Assembly: GCA_951406725.2 (NCBI GenBank)
Contig: OX597819.1
Coordinates: 87,482,001 to 87,546,000 of the forward strand
From: Octopus vulgaris
Lineage: Eukaryota
Direction: 5' to 3'
Length of the DNA stretch: 64,000 nt
Positions 38,710 to 50,754 of the stretch are shown piece after piece. Position 1 is the first letter of the stretch. The number at the start of each line of letters is the position of its first letter. The position numbers and the translations under genes are program-made. The notes beneath the pieces were generated by a model. That model was not told the origin of the DNA. It ran no database searches and saw nothing but the letters and a program-made list of their open reading frames with translations.

Positions 38710-40821
38710 ACACCAACATCGGTTATCAAGTGATTGTGGTGGTGGTGGTGGGGCAAACACAGACAAACAAACACACATTATATATATATATATAGGATAG
38801 GCTTCTTTCAGTTTCCGTCTACCAAATCCACTCACAAGGCATTGATTGGACCGAGGCTATAGTAGAAGACACTTACCCAAGGTGTCACGTAGTGAAACTG
38901 AACCCGGAACCATGTGGTTGGTAAGCAAGATTCTTACCACACAGCCACTCCAATTCGATCCCAGTGGCTCAGCAGTCATATCTAAGATATTCGACCGAAT
39001 CCCCTAGTAATTCATATTCAGATGATTTGATGTCCGGAAGCCATGTTCGTCAGAAATCACGTAGCCGATGTCTCCGACTGGTCCAACGCTTAAAAGCCAC
39101 CACAAAATCGCTTTCATAGAGTGTCATTTTCGTGTCATTTGTGAAAATAGTATAGCTTGAGCGATTAAATCTTGTATTGTGGATATTTCTCCTGAATGGA
39201 CTTCATCCAGATAAACAAGTCATTGTTTGCAAAGAGATGATTTTCTAAATGTTTTCAATAATAGCTTTCCCCCCTCCGTTTTTTTTTTTTTTTTAAAGAC
39301 TCCTTTGTTAATAACGCTAGGTGTCTGGCATTTAGTGGTTTACAGAAATTATGCAGCCTACTTACTAGCCGCTGCGCAGCCCACTAATATTTCAAAAGCA
39401 GAAACATTAAAACACCAACAAAAGGAAAAGATTTCTCGAACAAAACGAGGTCAAGCTTCTGTTTCTTGCGTTTTCTATTCATTTTGACAGGACACGATGA
39501 AAAAAAAAAAAAAAAAAAAAAACTAGCCGCCGATTCAGGAATGTCCTCTAGAAGTTTTTCTTTTTTGTTTTATAACACATTTGACTGATATCGACATCAA
39601 AACAACACTATTGCACTGTGACATTTCTACGAACTCAAAAACAGAAAAGAAAAAAAAACCCAAAACATTTGTTTTAAAGCCGCGGCTAGTTTTAAAAGTT
39701 ACAACTTAGTGATCAAGTCGGTATTTTCAGAACTATGGTAGTGTTAACAGTTTGTGATGGCTATTAAGAATAGGTTAATGAATAGGTTCTCAGTAGCATA
39801 GGGATTATCACCATTTTCTGGTTTTACACACACAAACTAAGTAGTAATAAAAATAACAGGATATTTGGCTGCAATAATTAGTATACATGCAGCTTCAAAA
39901 TTACCGTCATATTATGCAGCGTTTTAATTAAAAACTAGTCAACATTAATTCCAGTGAAAGTGATATTTCAAAAAGTAAAAATTCGGTCATTTCTTAGCTT
40001 AGCTTTATTGTAGCGCGCGCGTACATTGAAGCATTTCCAGAATATGCGAAAATGTTTTAAAGCTGTTATTGTCGTTTAAGTCAACACATCATCAAAATTT
40101 CAAGTGTATTAGGCTCACTAAATCTAAACTGCTTTGTTCCCAGTATTTTGCTGAAGCAAGTTACAGCTATGGTTCCTACACAGAGATCATTGAAAACCCA
40201 ACATATCAATATACACCAACATCGGTTGTCAAGCGATGGTGGAGAGACAAACACAGACACACAAACACACACATTATGGATGGATGGATGGAAGGAAGGA
40301 AGGAATAGGCTTCTTTCAGTTTCCGTCTACCAAATCCACTCACAAGGTTTTGTCGGCCCGAGGCTATAGTAGAATACACTTACCCAAAATGTCACGCATT
40401 GAAACTGAACCCGGAACCATGTGGCTGGTAAGCAAGATTCTTACCACACAGCCACTCCAATTCGATCCCAGTGACTCAGCAGTCATATCTAAGATATTCG
40501 ACCGAATCCCCTTGTAATTCATATTCAGATGATTTGATGTCTGGAAGCCATGTTCGTCAGAAATCACATAGCCGATGTCTTCGACTGGTCCAACGCTTAA
40601 AAGCCACCACAAAATCGCTTTCATAGAGTGTCATTTTCGTGTCATTTGTGAAAATAGTATAGCTTGAGCGATTAAATCTTGAATTGTAGATATTTTCTCC
40701 TGAATGGACTTCATCCAGATAAACAAGTCATTGTTTGCAAAGAGATGATTTTCTAGATGTTTACAATAATAGCTTTCCCCCTCCGTTTTTATTTAAAGAC
40801 TCCTTTGTTAATAATGCTAGG
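38710..40821 (+). repeat. ~610-bp direct duplication (38710-39321 and 40213-40821)
   Basis: SINE A part plus unique flank caattcgatcccagtg...tcctttgttaataa repeated with scattered substitutions. Confidence 0.95.
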
Positions 40822-41138
40822 CGTCGATTACATTGTCCCTAGTATTTACTGGTACTTAATTTAATCAACCCCGAAAGGATCAAGGGCAAAGTTGACCTTG
40901 AAGGGATTTAATCTCAAAATGTAGAGCTACAAGAATTGCCGCTAAGGATTTTGCCCGACACTGAAGCAATTCCACCAGTTCGTCGCTTTGTAACATCTGA
41001 ACGTATTAAAATGTAATATTTAAACAACCACAACACCCTTACGATAACACAAAGCAGTCGAAATTTTAAAGGTGGGGACGAAACATCAGTTAGTATTTGG
41101 CTGGAGATCTTTTTGGTATCAGTAATAACAATCTGTAG

Positions 41139-41580
41139 GGCGGTGAGCTGGCAGAATCGTCAGCATGCCATGCAAAGTGCTTGGTAGCATTTCGTCCGTC
41201 TTTACGTTCTGAGTTCAAATTCTGTCGAGGTTGACTTCGCCTTTCATCCTTTCGGGGTCGATAAAATAAGCACCAGTCAAGCACTGAGGTCGATGTAATC
41301 GACTTACCCACTTCCATGAAATTGCAGGCCTTGTGCCAAAATTTGAAATCAATAATTATCTGTAAGACGGGGAGCTGTCAGAATCTTTAGCGTGCTGGGC
41401 AAAATTTTTCGGCATTTCGACCGTCTTTCCGTTCCGAGTTCAAATTCCGCCGAGGTTGACTTTACCTTTCATCCTTTCAAAGTCGATAAAATAACTACCG
41501 ATTGAGGACTGGGGTCGAATGTTATCAACTTACCCCTCCTCCAAGTTTCCGAGCCTTGTGCCAAAATTTGAAACCAATAA
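41139..41580 (+). mobile_element. Head-to-tail dimer of family B SINE
   Basis: Two ggcggtgagctggcagaatc...gagttcaaattc...ccttgtgccaaaatttgaaa units. Similar arrays at 27600-28030, 28190-28655, 48217-48748, 55797-56330. Confidence 0.85.
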
Positions 41581-43220
41581 TAACGATCTGAATAAGTCGA
41601 TGCGTGAAGGATACCAAGTTGTAGGGCTATTGCTCAAGTGTAATGGAAGTTCAGGTATCTTGATACAAACGTTCAAATCTAGGACGTCTGTCTTTTTAAA
41701 TACACCTTATAATTTTTTTTATGCAGGAAGATCGTTGATATGACGAGCAGCGAACAAGGCACTTCTTGTTTTGGCACCGTATGCAAGCGCCTAATCCTGC
41801 TAGAAAATAAATTTTTCTTTACCGAATAATTTGTAGTAGCTTTGTCGGTTTTGAAGCACGAGGTACTCCAAAAATCTTTACCCAACTAAACGACTACGTT
41901 GACTGTGACATTGAAGCGCAGTGGTTCAACACTTGCAAGATACGCTAGTCTCTAAATGTCACTGACTGTAGGAACTTAATACTAGATTTAAACCAGCTGG
42001 TGTAGCCAGGGTTGGATGAAGCCTAGAGAGGCGATGCAGCAGTTAGGGATTAAATTCCTGGGAAATCCAACTCTGGAAAATTCTCTATTTCGAAAGCTAA
42101 TCAAAGAAAAATAACAAAACGAAGAGATTTACAGAATAAATTGATGAGAAGTATTCAATAAAACTAGGGGAACAAACACTGTCGCAGAGTGAGAGAGAGA
42201 AGACTACTATCCCAAAATTCTAGTGTTAAGTGAAGGCTTGCCTACTGAACAAATAAATTGTTTAAATTTTGTCTAAAACGTTTATGTATCTTCTGATTTA
42301 TAGACATTCCCTCAAGTAACGTTAAAAAGCTTTTTCTTCCTCGAAAAAGTCATTACGGGAACCTTGGCTGTATAGCCCCAAAATGTTCTACGAAATACCT
42401 TTAACTCAGCACAAGTTAAAATGATCCCATAAAATCAGTTTAACTCTGATTTTAATAGACCCCCAAAAGTGTGCAGCATTCAATAAATTTGGTTGCCGCT
42501 AGGAGTGAAAAATCTGACGCTTTGGAGACAGGTTTTCAATGAAAGAAGTTGAAAAGGTTCTGTTTCTACCGATGGAGACGCTTATACTACCCTTTGATAT
42601 TGGATTTTATCCATTTTCAATAGCTCAAAGCAAATGAATGCGATGCTGCTCACTAACAGCTATGAGAAGGGGAAAGAAAAAGAACCCTCCCAAGACACAA
42701 GAAAACGCTTAGAATTGATATGTGTTCTCAAAAATATAAGTTGATGAACGACACATGAAATCGTCAAGCTAGTTCACATCTAATGAATACACAAAAAGAA
42801 GACGAGGGGGAAATAAAACGTGCAAAAGACAAAAAAGACATAAATGAAAAAAATGTTTTATGTCTATAAAACCGCGATGAATAAATCAATTTAATCAGAA
42901 TATTTTAATTAGATATTCTTTTCGAAGGTAAGCCTTTTTAGGCCAAACAGTTGAATGGTAACCAGCCTGATTATGGTGTGGGAATATGTTTTAACAGCAT
43001 AAGCCAGTTCTTGTTAAATGAGTTTCTTTCAGAAAATCCGCCTACTTTCTTTCATTTTCCAGCAATACAAAAGAGACACGACTATTGGACTGAAATCCCT
43101 AATGTGAACGCCGTAGCTATAAGTTCCACTATATACCCAATGTAAATACACTCAAAAACCATTCAGCTTGTGTGTTCTTATAACCAATCATGAGTATAAA
43201 ATTTTCTCTTTATACTTTCC

Positions 43221-43469
43221 GTGTGTGTGTGTGTGTGTATGTGCGCGTCTGCCTACCTGTGTGTGTGTATATGTATGTGTGCGCGTCTGTCTGCCTGTGT
43301 GTCTATCTGCCTGTCAGTCAGTCTGTGTGTGTGTCTGTCTGCCTGCCTGTGTGTGTGTGTGTCTGTCTGCCTGCCTGTGTGTGTGTGTGTCTGCCTGCCT
43401 GCCTGTGTGTGTGTGTCTGCCTGTGTGTGTGTGTGTGTGTCTGTCTGCCTGTGTGTGTGTGTGTGTGTC

Positions 43470-43509
<40 letters not shown>

Positions 43510-44275
43510 TGTCTGCCTGTGTGTGTGTGTGTCTGTGTGTCTGTGTGTGTGTGTCTGTCTGTCTGCCTGTGTGTGTGTGTGTCTGTCTGTCTGTGTGTGT
43601 GTGTGTGTGTGTCTGTCTGCCTGTGTGTGTCTGTCTGCCTGTGTATGTCTGTTTGCCTGTGTGTGTGTCTGTTTGCCTGTGTGTGTGTCTGTTTGCGTGT
43701 GTGTGTTTGTGTGTGTGTCTGCCTGTGTGTGTCTGTCTGCCTGTGTGTGTCTGTCTGCCTGTGTGTGTCTGTCTGCCTGTGTGTGTCTGTCTGCCTGTGT
43801 GTGTCTGTCTGCCTGTGTGTGTCTGTCTGCCTGTGTGTGTGTGTGTCTGTCTGCCTGTGTGTGTGTGTGTCTGTCTGCCTGTGTGTGTGTGTGTCTGTCT
43901 GCCTGTGTGTGTGTGTGTCTGTCTGCCTGTGTGTGTGTGTCTGTCTGTGTGTGTGTGTGTCTGTCTGCCTGTGTGTGTGTGTCTGTCTGCCTGTGTGTGT
44001 GTGTGTCTGCCTGTGTGTGTGTGTGTGTGTGTGTGTGTCTGTGTCTGTGTGTCTGTATGTGTCTCTCAGTCTGTCTGTGTCTCTCAGTCTGTCTGTGTCT
44101 CTCAGTCTGTCTGTGTCTGCCTGTCTGTCTGTGTATGTATGTGTCCCCGACTGTGTCTGTGTGTATGTGTGTGTCTGGTGCGTGTGTGTCTTGTGTGCGT
44201 GAGTGTGTCTTGTGAGTGTGTGTGTGTGTCTTGTGTGTGTGTGTGTGTGTGTGTGCGTCTTGTGAGTGTGCGTCT
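43221..44275. repeat. ~1-kb compound (GT)n/GTCT/GCCT satellite
   Basis: Direct reading; explains the 326-416 aa low-complexity ORFs. Confidence 0.97.
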
Positions 44276-47082
44276 GTGGTCGTCCTGACAGTGCACAAGA
44301 ACAGTAAACAAGCATCCCTGACATGCTAGCTACTTCGTTAGTTTTCAATCTTTCATGAAAACGTGTATATCCATGGGGAAATATTACCTTACTTGGAAAC
44401 AAGTGGGGTTCGGTGATAAGAATAACATATGACTGTAGAAAATCCACCTGAAAAAAATTCCGTCTAAAAAAGGAAGATGGAAAAGAAGACGTTAAGATAA
44501 TATATATGATGAAGAAGGAACAGTAAGCGAACAAGCAAGCAAACGTATGCATGTTTTCCTTCAATGTTAGCCGTGGGTTTGTTTAGAAAAAAAAAACTTG
44601 ATCGCTCACGACTATATTACCACCAGTGAAAAGGAGAGTACTTCAGAATATAATACGCGTAATATGATATTCACCTGCTGAGTTGAGTCTTGGCCTAACT
44701 TGTTTTCCCTGAGATTTTTCCGAGCCACGGATTCACTTGGCCACTTTGGAAAAGGTTTCAACATCTTAACGTCCCATTAAATGTTGTCTCTAAGGGAATT
44801 TGCTTCAGAGACAAAGTTCAGTCCAAGAAATACTTGCGGGACTGTCTCTGAACTCGAAGAGTTTGTCCAGGAGCAGGTAAGGAATAAGTTGAACTACCTT
44901 TTTTTTTTCTCGAAGGGAATGTTTCTTCTATGCCTTCGAAGACCCTTAAGGGAGAGGTTAGCTGATAACTGGACCAGCACATCACCTATCGACTGAACAA
45001 AGCTAACGATACTGTCTGTCTAATTCACCTGGCTATTGCAGAGTTGAGTCTTTTCATGGGCGCAGAAATAACAGCAAGAAGACTGTTAGTGCAAGATAAA
45101 AACCAAATGATTGTATCTGTAGCAGCGAAAGCCGAGGAATTAAAACAACAACAAAAAAAGTAGTGGCGAAAGACTGTGGAACCAGCAACAACAGTAGATC
45201 CAAAGGCTGAAAACTTAAAAGCATCATCAGCCAAAATTTCGGAAATGGCAAAAGTGATCGCACCGTTCTGGGTATCAGAAAATGAATGACGCCGAAGTTC
45301 TCATTTCAAGCAATACTCTCCCCCATCAGCTTCTGAGGATAAGGTCGAAATGGAAGCTAATGTGAACTGGCAGACCGTTACGAAAGGGAAAAAGTGAAAA
45401 ACAATCAGCTTTGTTAGAAGTTTCGACGGAAAGCATAAACTCTAAGGCTCAAACAAGTCTACAGTTCTCAAGAAAAATTACAATGGACCACTTGCATTGT
45501 TATTTAAACTAAAAGACAATTAGCCTACTAATATATGGCTAGAAAGGGAGTCGGTGAATTTAACAGAAGCACCTGAAATATAAGATTTTTTTTAAAAACT
45601 ACCCGAAATATCTGAACTATTCAAACTTTGTGAGGTCTTTCCTGTCTGCAAAGTTCACCCCTCAAAAATGCTTACTAAAGCATTTGGATGTTTCCGGTTT
45701 CAATGCGAGAAGTTAAATGCGGTAGAGACGTTTTAATTATTGGGTTTTATATAATTTTATACCTATGTTTCTTTGTTAAGTTTTAATACTTTCGTTGCAT
45801 AACGCCCTTACTCACCTTTTCGTTTTCTATATATTTCATCCTACATATTTTTAAACCTCGGTTTTTTTTTTCAATATGCCGTGTATGCTTGTAACAGATA
45901 TTATTATTATTATTATTACTACTACTACTGGTGCATTTGATGAGATCGGGCGTCTCCGTTCCCCGTGTGTGTTTTGAGATTTACCGTGTCTTTCAAGAAA
46001 ATAGATGCTTATTCTTTCATGTCGTGCAAACTTGTTTACAAGATAAGGTAAGAATATATTTGTTTTTCATCCCGCTTGCAACAGCAAGACTTCTTTTCTC
46101 AAAGAAAATAAAATAATTCATGGCGACTTGTTCTACATAATTTTGTTTGTTTACAGAAATGTTTTTCCTGTTTTGGAAGGGCGTTCCCTCTTAGTTTTTG
46201 TTGTCATTATATCGAACACAACAATGGCGGGAAAACAAACAAGGAACGCCCTCTCATAAGGAAAAACATTACTACAGATACTAAAAATAAGAGAACAAAC
46301 CTGCTGTGCAATGGGATACATGTGACATAAGAATCGGGAAACAATGAATTTTCAAACAAAAGAAAAAAAAGGAAAAGATTTTAAAAATAACGATTTTTAA
46401 TTTTTTAGTTTCGCAAAACTGCCTCCCCAGACATTTTCAATAAGGACAAATGTTTGTACCAAAGGTTGTGGCAATTTTGGGTCACAAGTGATTTACTCGA
46501 AAAACTTGTCAGAAGCCGATAAAGAAAAATTAATCTACTTTTGTATCAGGAACAGGTGGGATTTCTCTACCCTTGGGAAACACTGGCCGAATCTGGACCG
46601 ATATTGTATCGATCGAATGGGGCAAGGCTTTCAGTACCGGCTGCTGGACTGAAAACGAAGTGTACCTTCAGACAGAGATAAAGCGTAAAGCACCTGCTCG
46701 TATGCTTATCTTCCAGTGCTTGAGTCAGTACAACATAAAGCTGACCGTCAGCTAAAGTATTATTGACTTCTGGTCCGTTATCACATTTTCAATACGATAT
46801 GGACGGGTGATAAGCACAGAGGTGATGAAGAACTGCGTGTGATCAAGAGGGTGTCAGTATTTTCGTCCAAGTCTTATGTTCCATCTAGATCATTGTCCAT
46901 GGAAAGCAACAGCAAAGGACTTGCTCCATTTGGCTCATAATTAAGAAGACAACCAGTCACTCAATGTATGGGTGAATAGAGGGTTAGGGAATGAAAGCCG
47001 AGATCACGTAGAAAGTGGTTCTCAACTGGGGTTCACGTAACCGTTGGGGGTGGGGTCCATATATGATTTTGAGCGGAGTTCT

Positions 47083-47553
47083 GGCATATAATCCCCTAAT
47101 GACTTTTTTTTTTTTTTTAATATTCAGAAAATTTTTGTGAATTTGTGTTCTACACACGGAATTGAAATGACTACGAAGAAGAATTTTTTTTTAATATTTG
47201 GAAATTAAAAAAAAAAAACTTTAAAAAAAATTTTGTTAGTTTCAAATATCACAATTTAAAATACGAACAGTCTGAACTTTTTGGCTTAAATCCTAGTAAC
47301 AGACCATAAACGTGCTTATGAGGAGAAAGATATTGAAAAATATCAATAAGTCAGAGTAACGAACAAACGAGGACGGTATGAAATAATCGTGAGACGCGTT
47401 AAAAGTAACAGCTAAATAGCCCATAAATCACACAAAAATTGTTTTTTTGCTTTGGTTTTTTGCATATCAGTATGTATTCCTGAGGGTAGAACACAAATTC
47501 GCAAAAGTTTTTTGAAAATCCCAAAAGAATAAAGTTTTGAGGTGTTATATGCC
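47083..47553. mobile_element. Long-TIR MITE nested in a hAT MITE (47013-47774)
   Basis: ggcatataa...gaatttgtgttctac / gtagaacacaaattc...ttatatgcc inverted termini, inside gtggttctcaac...gttgagcatcactg. Confidence 0.6.
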
Positions 47554-48768
47554 GTGCGGAAAGCAAAATTCCAATTTTGTTAAAATTGTGCCATAAACTG
47601 CACAATTATACTTCCACAATACACAAAATATTTTAACACTTTTTAAAAAATACAATTCCAAATAAAATTCAATTATAAAATATAAATTTTTAAGCATTGA
47701 CTGGCAATGGGGGTCTAGTAGAACAATAGGAATCAAAGGGAGTCCAAAGGGAAAAAAACGGTTGAGCATCACTGATCGAGATCAATTTTTGGTTCAAAGG
47801 ACTTTGAACGCCTAAGATATTTAACTCCATGTATGACTTTTAAGAAGAAATGCTAAAGGATGCTTTAAGTGATCCACGAGAACAATGAGTGATGGATAAG
47901 GTAAGTCCTGAGGGGCTCCGATCTAATTTAACAAATAGGATCTCACTCATGTATAGATAGGAAACCCTGAATGTTTATTTTTTTACTTTAATATTATAAT
48001 TTGTTTTATTTATTGTTTTATATAATTTTATATTGTATTTTATTTTTTTTATCAAACTTTTAATTTGTTCATTCTTTCTTTCTTCTCAAATCGATTTTTT
48101 GTTGACTGTTTTACCCAGTCCTACATATTTCTAATCCCTATGTTTTAAGGTTTATTGTATGTATGAATGTATGTGTTTTTGTGGCTCAAAGATTTTGTTG
48201 CCATCATCATTATTAAGGCAGCGAGCTGGCAGACCCGTTTAGTACGCCGAGCAAAATTCTTAGTGGCATTTCGTCCCTCTTTGCGTTCTGAGTTCAAATT
48301 CCGTCTAGACCGACTTAGTTTTTCATCCCTTTCCGAGTCAATAAAATAAGTACCAGTTGAGTTCTAGTGTCGATGTAATTGACTCGATCCCCGCCCTGAA
48401 GCTGCTGGCCTTGTGCCAAAATTTGAAATCATCATTATCATCATTATTGTTAAGGCAGCGAGCTGGCAGACTTGTTAGGGCGCCGGGCAAAATGCTTAGC
48501 ATCATTTCGTCCGTTATTACATTCCGAGTTCAAATTCCGCCGAGGTCGACTTTATCTTTCATCCTTTTGAGGTTTATAAAATAAATACTAGTTGAGGACT
48601 ACGGTCGATATATAATCGATTTTCCCCTCCATTCATGATTGCTGGCCCAGTGCCAAACCTATAAAGAATTATTATTATCAAGACCGAGATCGGGGAGATC
48701 TATTAGCGCATCGGACAAAATGCTTAGAGACATTTCTTTCGGCTTTATGATCTCTCTCTCTCTCACAC

Positions 48769-48830
<62 letters not shown>

Positions 48831-50354
48831 CATACATGCGCTGATGTGTGTGTGTGGTAAGAAGTTTGCATCCCAACCACATGGTACCAGGTTCAGTCGC
48901 ACTGCGTGGTACCTTGGGCAAGTGTCTACTATAGCACGGGCCGATCAAAGCCTTGTGAGTAGATTTGGTAATCTGAAAGATACATGTCTCGTGTGTGCGT
49001 GTGTGTGTGTGTGTGTATTTGCACATGTGCGTGCAGTATGTTGTTGTTGTTGACTATATTGGAATATTTTGATTTGAGGTGTTCCCTTTCTCAAAATGTT
49101 GGGAGGAAGGGCGAGGTAAGAAAGAAGGAAGGTGGCTTGGGAGAGGAAAATGTTAAAGAGAAATGAGGATAAAAGTGACAACCCGATTGATTAAGAGGAA
49201 AGAAAAAAAAATTCTTTTCTATCTTATGAAAAATTATCAATACAGTTGTGATTTTAGTGGGTAGCATATAACTTGGTCAACTTGATATCACAAAGAGCTG
49301 TTGGCTCAGTTCTCACAAAAAACAATGTTTCATTTATATTCAGTAACACAGAAATGAAATACCAACACCTATAAAGTTGGTATTTGAAAAATAAAGAGTA
49401 GGTTACATTTCCCAGCGACTCTGTCTGTGGTAATTCAACTAAAAAAAAAGGAAACTAAATAGGCAACAGAGAACAAAAACGGGTGTGCACTGAGAAAAGA
49501 AAAGAAAGAAAGAAAAACAGAAATATTTATAACACCATATAATTGAACAGAGAAATAATTGCTGACATATTTTCTCAGCACTGGTGTAAATAAATAAATA
49601 AATAAATAAACAAATAAATAAGAACAGCGAGCGGACAGAATCGTCATCGTGCCGGACAAAATGCTTAGCAGTTTTAATTCGGCGTTACGTGCAAACTTCA
49701 AATGCCGCTGATGTCAACTTCGCCTTCCATTTTATCCTTTCGAGATCGACAAGATAAGTACCAGTTAGTTGATCACTTAAGTTGATGTAATCGCCCCCCC
49801 ACCTCAAAATTGCTGGCATTGTGCCAAAAATTAGAAAGAAAAGATAATGGTTTCAAATAAATAGGTGCAAGTGTGGCTGTGTCGTAAGAAGCTTACTTCT
49901 TAACCACATGGTCCCGAGTTCAGTCCCACTGCATGGCACCTTAGCCAAGTGCCTTCTACTATATAGCCTCGTGCAGACCAAAGCCTTGTGAGTGGATTTG
50001 GTAGACGGAAACTGAAAGAAGCCCGTTGTGTGTGTGCCCCACCATCGCTCAAGAACCGATGGTGGTATGTTTACGTCCTCGTAACGCAGCGGTTCGGTAA
50101 AAGAGACCAATAGAATAAATACCAGTACTTAAAAAAAAAGAAAAAATAGCACTGAGGTCGATTCATTCGACTAAAATTCTTCAAGGAGATGCCCCAGTAT
50201 GGCCAGTCTAATGACTGAAACAAGTAAAAGAAGATAAAATGAATAAGATACATTTTGAAAATCGCATTCTAACCACCTCTTTGTAAAATAATATCTAACT
50301 CAACAGTCTAGTATCTAACGGTTATAATTACCTGCATTCTTGGGCAGATAAACT

Positions 50355-50754
50355 CTGGGTTCTCATTTCTAAGGTGTTTTTCGATGTTGCTGTTGTTGTT
50401 ATTATTATTATTATTATTATTATTCATGTCACTGCCTGGAATCGAACTCGGAATCTTGGGGTTAGTAGTCCGTACTCTCAACCACTACACCATATGCCCA
50501 CGAGCATATGGTGTAGTGGTTAAGAGCGCGAGCTACTAACCCCAAGATTCCGAATTCGAGCAGTGACCTGAATAATAATAACATAAAAACACCTTAGGAA
50601 TGAGAACCCAGGTTCGAAATTTCCTCTAAACACCTGATGAAGGCTGGAGGGCATATCAGCTGAAACGTTATGTTAACAACAAACAAGATGAGGACAAATA
50701 TCCGTCAATTGTAAATAATGTACATAATTCCTCATCTCTTAAATATAGAACTGG
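50355..50754. mobile_element. Inverted tRNA-headed element with hammerhead motif (Penelope-like non-autonomous element)
   Basis: Arms 50355-50497 (minus) and 50504-50611 (plus) both start gcatatggtgtagtggtt (A box); B box gagttcgattcc intact in the left arm; the right arm continues into a hammerhead core. Confidence 0.7.
50629..50674 (+). ncRNA. Minimal type I hammerhead motif
   Basis: aacac-CUGAUGA(50634-40)-a ggcug gagggcauau cagcu-GAAA(50662-65)-cg-UU-auguu; palindromic AACGUU stem III; first stem I pair mismatched. Confidence 0.65.

Noticed and set aside
43168-44564. Five ORFs of 326-416 aa (Cys/Val- or His/Thr-rich)
   Set aside because: Stop-free translations of a GT/GTCT satellite on both strands.
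44620-45930. Possible decayed non-LTR ORF1 region (WQTVTKGKK, TAT/TAC tail)
   Set aside because: Too fragmented to assign without a search.
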